NCBI GenBank assembly: GCA_046482545.1
Contig: JAWOEX010000021.1
Span: 32,001-96,000 of the forward strand
Length of the DNA stretch: 64,000 bases
Origin: Candidatus Thorarchaeota archaeon
GTDB lineage: Archaea > Asgardarchaeota > Thorarchaeia > Thorarchaeales > Thorarchaeaceae
Direction: 5' to 3'
The notes beneath the pieces are model-generated. The model was not told the origin of the DNA and did not search any database. It saw only the letters and a list, made by a program, of their open reading frames with translations. A program made the position numbers and the translations under genes. Positions 1-8,540 of the stretch are shown here, piece by piece (within the stretch, counting starts at the first letter, position 1; each line of letters starts with the position of its first letter).

Positions 1-1116
1 ATTCGTCTCATCTAGAAGTTCCTTCGCCCGCTTGAGATAAGCAATACCGTCAGAGATACAAGTTTCTTCATCAAACATACCGTGTGCAAAACCGAGGCTA
101 CACAAGCACCTATACATCAGTTGTGATTGAGCCGGTGTTCGATTAGGAATACCTTCCAGCAAATTCAACGCTTTCTCTAACCGTTCTATCGCATCAGAAA
201 TACCCGCCCTCCAGCCATTTACCAAGATACTTGAGCCGATAACAAGATATGCAAGAGCCAATCCATCCTTGTTTACTTCGTCGGTGTCGAGGATATTACC
301 AAACATAGCCGCAGCTTTGTCTGCCAGCAATCGAGCTCTTTTGTGCTCAACCTCATCGTCCCGTGTTTCATTCATAGCAAGCTGGAGAGTAAGAGCTGCG
401 AGCCTTATCGAATCCCCAGTAGCACGAATCCTTTCATCTAACTCATTGAGAATTTCTCGTGATTCATCATAAAGCCCCAATTCTGTAAGAACTCCCGCTT
501 CATCCAAGGAAGCGTCACAATATAGCTGCTCCAATCCGAGATCATCAGCCATCTTCATTAATCGATTGAGAAGAGCCTCAGCGCCCTCGAAGAAGCCAGC
601 CTCCACCAAGTAGGTGGTCAGTTGGTGAACTTCGTGAAGGGCAAGATGGGTAGATGGTTTGTGCTGTCGCGACGTGATAGCTTCCATCGTCTGCACCATT
701 TCGTCAACCAAAAAAGGAACCAATGGACGAAGATTCAGTCCCAGCGCAAGGTCAATTCCATGCGATAGCTCGCCAAGAAGATCAAGAAAAACAGGAATAG
801 CCTCTAAATCCGGCTCCAACTCAGTATCTGCCCGCCTAGCGCTGTGAGTATAACGTGTATCAAGAAGACTAAGCATCTGTGGAAGAGTGCGATCGTCTTC
901 AAAAGCCAACTGAACAATGATTTCAGTCAATTTCGAATTCGCTACTTCTGGCCTTCGTAGGATTATCTCTTCGATTGCACGAGCAATATCAAAAGCAAGT
1001 TCCTCATCAACCGCCCCTCCAATTGCAAGGTTCTGAATTGCCGAGAGACTATCATCAAGAGACACCGTGGCACAAAGAACATCCCTCAGTGTTGCTTTTA
1101 ATCTGGTCTCCATCAT
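1..1116 (-). CDS. TPR/alpha-helical repeat protein, 3' end outside the window
   Basis: Not in the ORF track because it is truncated. Manual translation from ATG at 1116 gives MMETRLKATLRDVLCA...EAGFFEGAEALLNRLMKMADDLGLEQL...ELGLYDESREILNEL..., open to position 1, with TPR-like helical pattern. Confidence 0.75.
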   Translation of the reverse strand, partial: MMETRLKATLRDVLCATVSLDDSLSAIQNLAIGGAVDEELAFDIARAIEEIILRRPEVANSKLTEIIVQLAFEDDRTLPQMLSLLDTRYTHSARRADTELEPDLEAIPVFLDLLGELSHGIDLALGLNLRPLVPFLVDEMVQTMEAITSRQHKPSTHLALHEVHQLTTYLVEAGFFEGAEALLNRLMKMADDLGLEQLYCDASLDEAGVLTELGLYDESREILNELDERIRATGDSIRLAALTLQLAMNETRDDEVEHKRARLLADKAAAMFGNILDTDEVNKDGLALAYLVIGSSILVNGWRAGISDAIERLEKALNLLEGIPNRTPAQSQLMYRCLCSLGFAHGMFDEETCISDGIAYLKRAKELLDETN

Positions 1117-1189
1117 ATGCTACCTACTGATTTCGTGTCGAATCGAGTATTGAGTTGTTAAAAGTGTTCACAGAAGCTTCTCCGAAGAA

Positions 1190-1909
1190 TCATCCGCCAG
1201 GTTGTTTCAGGACAAAATCATGCCATTGTCGGGATGTATCAGTTCCACGCATTCTTTCCATGCGTACCTGATGAACAGGACGGTCATCAGAATCGTCAAC
1301 TCTGAACCTGAGAACGGCATCTACGAGATAGGAGAAGGTGGCATACGTTTTTTCATCATGTACACCTTCTTCGAGAATGAACATGATGCTATGAGAATTC
1401 TGGGTAACTCGACCACTTATTCTTTGCACGGAACCGGGCATTTTGGTAGCAGATGAGTTCAGTATTAGGGTTGAAAGACTGTCAACAATCACTCTTGCAC
1501 ACACTAAATCATCAAGGACATCAGAAAGCACAATCCCAAGTTCGCTAATATCATCCACTTTTGAGAGTGTACGTGCAGTACCCGTTTTTGGGGCCCCCAT
1601 CCGTTCTGAATAACCATCGATAAAGACCAACTGTCCATTACTCTCGCATTTTTCAACTGGCCATCCATGACGGCTCATATCATTACGAATCACACGAGGT
1701 GATACATCGGTTGTAACAAAGACACCAGGAAAACCTAGATTCAACCCCTCAGCCAGAAACGCCTCTGCGTAAGTGGTTTTTCCAGAACCTATAGGACCAA
1801 GTAGCATGTATGAGACCTGCGTAAGCTGACCAAACTGGACCAAATCCCCAATCATTGGCTTCACCGTTGTCGGTTCGCCATTGCAAGAGTCTATTACATC
1901 TTCGGACAT
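1190..1909 (-). CDS. KaiC/RAD55-family ATPase, probably catalytically degenerate
   Basis: Walker A GPIGSGKT, IVDSL Walker B, RMRG arginine-finger region. The usual catalytic EE is replaced (FVTTDV). Confidence 0.8.
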   Translation of the reverse strand: MSEDVIDSCNGEPTTVKPMIGDLVQFGQLTQVSYMLLGPIGSGKTTYAEAFLAEGLNLGFPGVFVTTDVSPRVIRNDMSRHGWPVEKCESNGQLVFIDGYSERMGAPKTGTARTLSKVDDISELGIVLSDVLDDLVCARVIVDSLSTLILNSSATKMPGSVQRISGRVTQNSHSIMFILEEGVHDEKTYATFSYLVDAVLRFRVDDSDDRPVHQVRMERMRGTDTSRQWHDFVLKQPGG

Positions 1910-1919
1910 GAATTATCAC

Positions 1920-2666
1920 CTAGCCTTGACCTGCGATTTCACCAGGCCACACACGGATACCGTCACTAGTAATACGCATTGAGTGGATTCGAGAGCTATG
2001 TTTGGATCCTCTTAGCTTGAGCACCTCTATTGAACGCGATCTGGATGTATCACTCACTTTCTCATAATAAAGGACTATGACTCCAGAAGCCAAGAAAGCC
2101 TCGATATCAAAGACACCTAGACCATCATGATGCGCAGGGATTTCGCTTGTCAAAAGAAGCGTTGCTCCTGTACGAGTGATAGCTGCGCAGAGCTTGAAAA
2201 ACTCCTCTCGCAGGATTTCTTGGCTCTTGAATTTGTAAGCCATGATAGACAGTGTATCGATAACTACACGCTTGGCACCAATCTTTCTAATATGGTTCAG
2301 AATTATAGCTTCTAATCCTGATAAATCAAAACTTGGATACTCCCCGATTGGTACAGGTGAACGCTCCTTTGTAGGTGATAAGTCAACAATCGATAGCATA
2401 CCTTCTTCCTCTAGATTCTTCAGATTCATACCGAATCGTCTCAAGTTTCTTCGTATCATTTTTGGTTGTTCTTCCAAGGTAACAAGAACACCTGGTTCAC
2501 CGTACTCAGTTGCACCATTGTAAAGAAATTGATTTGCCAAGATAGTCTTTCCGGTTCCAGCTTTACCAGCAACCAGAATAGTATCCCCTCTTGGAAAACC
2601 ACCTTCAATCAATTCGTCCAAGCCGGGTATTCCCGTTTTCACCCGCTCAATTTCAAAATCACTCAT
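1920..2666 (-). CDS. Single-domain KaiC-family ATPase (KaiC CI-like)
   Basis: TGIPGLDELIEGGFPRG, GKAGTGKT, QFLYNG, VTLEE, FDLSGL, RVVIDT, EVLKLRG. Confidence 0.9.
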   Translation of the reverse strand: MSDFEIERVKTGIPGLDELIEGGFPRGDTILVAGKAGTGKTILANQFLYNGATEYGEPGVLVTLEEQPKMIRRNLRRFGMNLKNLEEEGMLSIVDLSPTKERSPVPIGEYPSFDLSGLEAIILNHIRKIGAKRVVIDTLSIMAYKFKSQEILREEFFKLCAAITRTGATLLLTSEIPAHHDGLGVFDIEAFLASGVIVLYYEKVSDTSRSRSIEVLKLRGSKHSSRIHSMRITSDGIRVWPGEIAGQG

Positions 2667-2989
2667 CCGGTACCACCTCTCATGGATACCTTAGCTCCAA
2701 GTATCATCTTCATCACCATTTCAGGCTCAGGAATGCCTGTTACCGACGTGCCAGCAATCATTATAGTTGGCAGGGCAAACACTCCATATTCCTCCGCCGC
2801 CTCAGGATTCTTTTTTACATCTATTATCCGCATCTTGAAAGATTCAGAACTGAAATCAGCAATAGTCTCACGTACTACCTCTTCAGCTCTTGGACAAAAG
2901 GCGCAATCATCTGACTTGAACAGCACAATTTCAATAGGAGTTAACTGTCTCTCTTCTGAATTTTCTATGCTCTTCGCTTTCTCGCCCAA
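2663..2989 (-). CDS. Thioredoxin-fold protein with CxxC and a KaiB-like segment
   Basis: CAFC motif; IIDVKKNPEAAEEYGVFALPT; overlaps the KaiC-like start by 4 nt. Confidence 0.8.
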   Translation of the reverse strand: MGEKAKSIENSEERQLTPIEIVLFKSDDCAFCPRAEEVVRETIADFSSESFKMRIIDVKKNPEAAEEYGVFALPTIMIAGTSVTGIPEPEMVMKMILGAKVSMRGGTG

Positions 2990-3061
2990 TCGACTGCACT
3001 CCTGAACCTAAGCGCCGGTATGATGTCTGTGATGCTAAGCCAATTGAATCTTTTGTGCTTG

Positions 3062-3457
3062 TCACCGCCCTTTTCCTAACACGTTCTTAATACGTGTGCC
3101 CCCCTTCCCCAAAGGTCGCAGATGATATCGAACCGTCCGCGGCATGACAGCAGCCAGAACCAGGTCATCTTGATGTGCTAGATCGAGCTTTTTGAAAACG
3201 GCCTTTCCAGCTGTGCATCTCACATTGATATCATTGAGTTCACCCAGAGAAAGCTCCTCCCGCATTCGTTCAACCGTGGAAGCCACGTATCCTGACATAG
3301 CGGCAATAACGTTCTTATTGATATTTGGAGCAGTCGCTGAGGCGATAAGAAGACCATCGTCTCTGGCCAGTATACTTGCATAGAAACCGCCTTCGCGATT
3401 CATGTCTTCAAGAATTTCCTCTAGGGCAGAGTAGTCGGGACGTTCCATGATTTGCAC
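3062..3457 (-). CDS. Roadblock/LC7 (MglB-like) protein
   Basis: SILARDDGLLIAS, IAAMS and LGEL patterns typical of Roadblock. Confidence 0.85.
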   Translation of the reverse strand: MQIMERPDYSALEEILEDMNREGGFYASILARDDGLLIASATAPNINKNVIAAMSGYVASTVERMREELSLGELNDINVRCTAGKAVFKKLDLAHQDDLVLAAVMPRTVRYHLRPLGKGGTRIKNVLGKGR

Positions 3458-3634
3458 CAGCCAGCATGCTAATTCTGTGATTGCAACTTATCCCTATTAA
3501 ATAATGTGTGAAGCCCGTATATTTCAACTGAACCACTAGATAGGATGGAAAACATGATAATTCATAATAAGAAAGGTGAGATATTGAGAGGATAGATTTT
3601 AAGGTCATCGTTCTTCTTAGGAGTATGCTGAGGA

Positions 3635-4189
3635 ATGAGTCATATGCCTGCAGAATATAGATTCAAAACCGTCATGCTTGGAGATGGTGCAGTAGGCAAA
3701 ACTGCACTTACTATACGCTACACCCAGGAGCGGTTTGAGTCAGACTACAAGCATACCATTGGTAGCGATTTTGCTATCAAGAGAACAATACTTCCTGAAA
3801 GAGATACAAATGTCACCCTACAAATCTGGGACCTAGCAGGTCAGCCCAGATACTCTGTGGTTCGAGAAGGCTTCTACAGAGGGGCTAGAGGGGGATTGTT
3901 GGTCTATGATGTTACTCGACGGCGAACTTTTCTGAATGTAGAAAACTGGAAAGATGAAGCTTTCAAGGCCATCGGGCACTCGATACCAATGATTATTGTT
4001 GCGAACAAGGTAGATCTTGAAGAGAGTAGAGTTGTTGGTACTGAGGAAGGAAGAGAATACGCTGAAGAAACAGGCTGCCTCTATGTGGAATCCAGTGCAC
4101 TGACTGGTGAGAATGTAGAAAAAGCATATACTGATCTTTGCAGGCTCATGATAGATAGTGTGAGAAAGAAAGACGAAAGGAAAATATAA
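3635..4189 (+). CDS. Rab-like small GTPase
   Basis: G1 GDGAVGKT, G2 YKHTIG, G3 WDLAGQ, FYRGA, G4 NKVD, G5 ESSAL; no C-terminal prenylation cysteines. Confidence 0.92.
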   Translation: MSHMPAEYRFKTVMLGDGAVGKTALTIRYTQERFESDYKHTIGSDFAIKRTILPERDTNVTLQIWDLAGQPRYSVVREGFYRGARGGLLVYDVTRRRTFLNVENWKDEAFKAIGHSIPMIIVANKVDLEESRVVGTEEGREYAEETGCLYVESSALTGENVEKAYTDLCRLMIDSVRKKDERKI

Positions 4190-4207
4190 CAAGGCGTAAG
4201 CTCATTC

Positions 4208-5371
4208 TCAGCGTTTGCGAGGCTTGCCTTTCAATAAGCCAAGAGCCCTTTTGCATTTCCAAACAGCATAGAAGACGCGCTTGTCCCTTAGTGTTTCCTC
4301 ATCATACCGGGATTGCAGGTTCCTTAATTTTTCTATCAGTTCATCTCTTCTGCTACCGTCTTCATCAGCCTTGATTTCATCTAATAAATCCTCAAAAGGT
4401 TTTAAAACAGCCCTGAGCAGCTTGAGGTCCCATTTAATAATAGCCCCTGAGCCATCCGAGCTCAGAAATGCTTTATGATTCGGATACCATTCAAGGCCAT
4501 CAATTTCACCGTCAGTTGAAGTATCGCCCTCGATAGTTCGATGCTCCATAGACCAAACAAAAATCTCCTTGTCACTTGACCCAGAAGCCAAGAATTTACC
4601 ATCGCCACTAAATGCTAAAGCGCGTACCTCGGCAGAATGCCCTCGAAGAGTTTCATCAAGTTCTAATTCGGGATTTCCTTTCCACAATTTGATTGTCAAA
4701 TCCGAACTTCCAGAAGCAAGAATTTTCCCATCAGGAGAGAATCGTACTTCGTGGACAGCTGTTCTGTGCTGTTCAATAGTCTGGATTTTCTCGCCACTAT
4801 TCGCATCCCAGATGCACATGAGCGCATCGACACCGCCTGAGGCAATTCTATTGCCACTTGGATCCCAGTCACACGAAAGAACATATAGAGTGTGCCCTTT
4901 CATCTGTCGGATTTTCTCCCGATTGTCAATATCCCAGACGATTAGGGTTGTATCACCGCTGCTTGAAACAAGCCTATCTCCGCTTGGTGAAAACGAAAGA
5001 GAGAGAACCGGGTATTCATGCCCTTCAAACGTTGCTAGGCAATCCCCAGTTCTTATATCCCACAGTTTCACAACACGCTCAACAGACCCAGAAGCGAGGA
5101 TATCACCCCTCGGGCTGAAAGCGAGCGACGTACACAAATAGTCGTCTTCCATACATTGAATCTCTTTGCAATCATTAGCGGACAATATGCGTATTGTTCG
5201 ATCTTGCATTCCAGCAGCCAGCAGACGCCCAACATCGTTCATTGCGAAACGTCGAGTGATTTCGGATGTTTCTTCAGCTTTTGGTTTCAATGTATGCCGC
5301 TGAAGGAAAAAGGCCATTTCTTGCTCTTGCAGTATGTTCACCTCGGCAGGAGATATCATGCAATACATCAA
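4208..5371 (-). CDS. WD40 beta-propeller protein with C-terminal helical extension
   Basis: About 7 GH...SGSxD...WD repeats. Confidence 0.92.
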   Translation of the reverse strand: MMYCMISPAEVNILQEQEMAFFLQRHTLKPKAEETSEITRRFAMNDVGRLLAAGMQDRTIRILSANDCKEIQCMEDDYLCTSLAFSPRGDILASGSVERVVKLWDIRTGDCLATFEGHEYPVLSLSFSPSGDRLVSSSGDTTLIVWDIDNREKIRQMKGHTLYVLSCDWDPSGNRIASGGVDALMCIWDANSGEKIQTIEQHRTAVHEVRFSPDGKILASGSSDLTIKLWKGNPELELDETLRGHSAEVRALAFSGDGKFLASGSSDKEIFVWSMEHRTIEGDTSTDGEIDGLEWYPNHKAFLSSDGSGAIIKWDLKLLRAVLKPFEDLLDEIKADEDGSRRDELIEKLRNLQSRYDEETLRDKRVFYAVWKCKRALGLLKGKPRKR

Positions 5372-5496
5372 AGATGCACTAAAAGTGTTCTGAACACAGC
5401 CAAGTCTAAATTCGGGGCGACTTGTGTTTGCAGATACTGTTTCTTTAAGAATTTCGTCATTATCCAGCTATCAGTAAGTGTTAAATCGAGCTCCGC

Positions 5497-6720
5497 ATGA
5501 TATATACAGTGGGGAAGCTCATGAAGAGTCAACAAGGGGGGTCACTGCTGCAGAAGCTTAGGGGTATTGAGGCTCTTCGCTATGTTAAGGATAGTGTTAG
5601 GAGATTCTTGCGGCCGAGGGCAGAGAAGCTGGCAGGTCAGCTGGCCCAGCTTGAAACATTACAGGCTTGCAAAGATGCTGCGCTTGTGGGCGATGATGAA
5701 CTCAGGCTCTTGTCGGTTTGCAGACTTGCTGAATTTGGAAAGGAGGCCAGAGAAGCTCTCGAAATTGCACTATACGATATGAGCAATTCTGTTTGTGCTA
5801 CAGCCATAGGGATGCTACATGTTATCGAATTAGATATCGCACGTGATGAAGTTCCTAAAGAAAAGTTGTATGATGAAAAAGTGAAATCCATTCTTAGCTA
5901 TATAAATCAGATGCGTGGTATAAGAGAAGAGCAGGAAACCGAGACATTCACTCAAGTTGCCGCTAGGAGAGCAGATTCATTCTCTAGTGAATTGCCGGTT
6001 CGAACGACCAACTACATTGATGTTGAGAACAAATGCCAAGAGCTTGGTGAGAGAATATCGCTTCTTCTTACCATCACAAACGAAGGAAAGTACGATGTGA
6101 AGGATATGAAGGTCTCACTTCTGACCTATCCATCGGAAAGTCTAGAACTGGAAAGTGATAGAGCTGTAGAAATTGGAAAGGTGTCATCTTCAGAAAAGGT
6201 AAAAATCAAATTCAATTTCAAGAAAACTGCAAACTACGTGGAAGGCGAGATGGTGACTGCTGTTGTTATGAAGAACCATCTTGGTCTGGATGTATCCGCC
6301 AAGTCAGGAAATTGCCTTGTCAAATCCCTCTATCCCCAGATGAAGCCGTTGGACCTTTCATCAGCTGACTTCCGTGTGGCCAGAATGCAAATGAAACCCT
6401 GGAGCAGAGAGCATGTCTTAGGCTTCAATCCGAGAAGCCTTTTCAGGGTACTCAAGAAGGTGTTCAGCGAAAAGAACCTGCATACAATCAGAGAAGATGT
6501 ATCAGAGAAGGACGGTATGATGATGGCATCGCTGGTTGGAGCTGCGGAAAGTATCTTCGATCAGACGAGAATAGTGATCCAGCTAACGCTTATCGGAAAG
6601 CTGGAAGAATCAAGAACCAAAGTCAGAATAGAAGTACACTCGGATGAGGAGGAGCTCCTGCATATTGCAGCCAGTAGGATTTACGAAGCGGTATATCGAC
6701 GGGTTGAGCCCGCTACCTGA
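5497..6720 (+). CDS. HEAT-repeat protein with a putative beta-COP/adaptin-like appendage (Ig sandwich + platform)
   Basis: N-terminal HEAT-like helices; ISLLLTITNEG...KIKFNFK sandwich; QMKPLDLSSADF...AAESIF...VRIEVHS platform-like C-terminus. Confidence 0.6.
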   Translation: MIYTVGKLMKSQQGGSLLQKLRGIEALRYVKDSVRRFLRPRAEKLAGQLAQLETLQACKDAALVGDDELRLLSVCRLAEFGKEAREALEIALYDMSNSVCATAIGMLHVIELDIARDEVPKEKLYDEKVKSILSYINQMRGIREEQETETFTQVAARRADSFSSELPVRTTNYIDVENKCQELGERISLLLTITNEGKYDVKDMKVSLLTYPSESLELESDRAVEIGKVSSSEKVKIKFNFKKTANYVEGEMVTAVVMKNHLGLDVSAKSGNCLVKSLYPQMKPLDLSSADFRVARMQMKPWSREHVLGFNPRSLFRVLKKVFSEKNLHTIREDVSEKDGMMMASLVGAAESIFDQTRIVIQLTLIGKLEESRTKVRIEVHSDEEELLHIAASRIYEAVYRRVEPAT

Positions 6721-6739
6721 TAGGACAACTTGAAACAGA

Positions 6740-7309
6740 CTACATCATATCCCCGCTTTCGAGAATCTTAATCGCAAGCTCTAGAAAAGCTGTGTCCACA
6801 TTAGCGCCGGTCTTAGCAGAAGTTTCTATGAAGGATGTGTGAACGCCGTTGTCATTCGAAATCTGGTCAGCCAGTGACTTGCCTTCATCCGTTGTGATTA
6901 TGGCCTCCTGCATGGAAGGATTACCCTCAAATTTCTCTCGCAGGTCGATTTTATTGCCAATCAATACGATGGGAATTTTTTTGCCAGCATTCTCAAAACA
7001 CTCGTCTATCCATTCGGGAATATGATTGAAAGACAACCGTTCAACAACTGAATATACTGCGAGGGCTCCCATGGTCCCTCGATAAAAGGTTGAACGCACA
7101 TTTCGGAAGTGTTCTTGTCCTGCCAAGTCCCAAATCTGTATGCTGATATCATGCCCACCTTCCAGCTGCATTTTCTTGACAGCAAAGTCGGCTCCGATTG
7201 TGATATTGTAAGAGGCTTTGAAACCTTCACCCATGTACGTTCGACGCAGGCTTGTCTTACCTACTGAGCCGTCTCCCATCAAAACTACTTTGAATACTGC
7301 TTTAACCAT
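6740..7309 (-). CDS. Rab-like small GTPase
   Basis: GDGSVGKT, TIGADF, WDLAGQEHF, FYRG, NKID, ETSAKT. Confidence 0.92.
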   Translation of the reverse strand: MVKAVFKVVLMGDGSVGKTSLRRTYMGEGFKASYNITIGADFAVKKMQLEGGHDISIQIWDLAGQEHFRNVRSTFYRGTMGALAVYSVVERLSFNHIPEWIDECFENAGKKIPIVLIGNKIDLREKFEGNPSMQEAIITTDEGKSLADQISNDNGVHTSFIETSAKTGANVDTAFLELAIKILESGDMM

Positions 7310-7407
7310 GCTACTTGAACACCGCCTTCATAGGGGATTATCTAAGGGAATAATGGGTTGTTTAGATGTATCCTCTGATAGACATCCCATATTTGAGTGT
7401 AACCCGC

Positions 7408-7580
7408 CTAGATACCTCGGATAAGAAAGAATAGCAATAGGATGATGAAGATAAGCCGGTCACAGTGGCAGCAGAAAGCATAGATAACTCACGTTGAATA
7501 CTGTCTAGCCTATTGTCAATACGCTTTAAGGGATGTAACAGCTCTTCTTGCTCATCACTCTCATCTTTACTATGAGACAT
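7408..7580 (-). pseudogene. Small coiled-coil protein with a C-terminal TM helix, apparently frameshifted
   Basis: MSHSKDESDEQEELLHPLKRIDNRLDSIQRELSML...TG continues in an adjacent frame as IFIILLLFFLIRGI*. Confidence 0.35.
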
Positions 7581-8222
7581 TACTAAACACGAATTGCATT
7601 CCTTAAATTGTTATTTGTTTTTTATGCCGTAGATTTAGTCGATTCTGTATCTTGTGCGGACGTTTGCATGAAATGATTTGCCGACCGATGATGCATCATT
7701 GAACTCCTGTAAAGGCTTACTACACCTAATGTATAGTCAGTGCCTCGGTGTATACGTTGGAAATGAGTATAAAGAAACGTAGATTGATGCAGGGGTTAAC
7801 GTATCTGGGAATTGGAGGGGGCTATTCGCATATCTCCTTGGCCTCCTATTGACCTAGAATTTGACTGATTGGTCTTCAGATCTACTTCAGCGATTTTTGA
7901 CTATACCGGTCACGTTCATCGGAGGTATCATAGTATTCGTTATGTTAGGAATGGGAATCTATTATGTAATTAGAGCAGCTCTAACGATTGAAGGTCAAAA
8001 AAACACATCTGTGACTCCGCACTACCCGCCCATCAAGTTTGCCCAATACCGTGTCTCGTTGACTGACGAAATAAACTAGAAAGACAGTGCATTGTACATC
8101 AATCGTTTTACTTTCGGCAACCAGTCCACTCTCAACTTGTTCGAAACGGAGAAACAGCAAGTCCCAGAAGGAACAGAATAATTCTTTCACACATTTTCTA
8201 CAGCACCCAATGTAGATTCCGG

Positions 8223-8528
8223 GTGACCAAGCTTTGTAATCAAAAAGACAGACCGGGAAGAACCATTATGTGCGGCAGGACAATCAAGACATTTCGAGAT
8301 GCGGTGGATACTGAAGAAGCGCGTTGGAAAAACTTCAGACGTACCCTTAAGCCAGCACACAGAAAGTACCTAGATTGTATATTCGACTACGCCAGAGAAT
8401 ATGCAGATGCAGGAACGATGATAGCAGCTCCCAATGTTACAGATGTGGTCTTCATGGCAACCATGATGGAAGCCTTGAAAGAGATCAAAAGGCTCCAGGA
8501 TATGATTCAAACATTGAAAGAGGACTAG
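8223..8528 (+). CDS. Small PolB2-associated protein (arCOG07300-like); real start probably ~8268
   Basis: GRTIKTFR...E...WKNFRRTL...LDCIFDYAR pattern, directly upstream of PolB2. Confidence 0.75.
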   Translation: MTKLCNQKDRPGRTIMCGRTIKTFRDAVDTEEARWKNFRRTLKPAHRKYLDCIFDYAREYADAGTMIAAPNVTDVVFMATMMEALKEIKRLQDMIQTLKED

Positions 8529-8540
8529 GAGGAGCCCATA

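Noticed and set aside
7861-8079. 72-aa hydrophobic ORF
   Set aside because: TTG start immediately after an in-frame stop in a decayed-looking region; cannot be supported as an intact gene.
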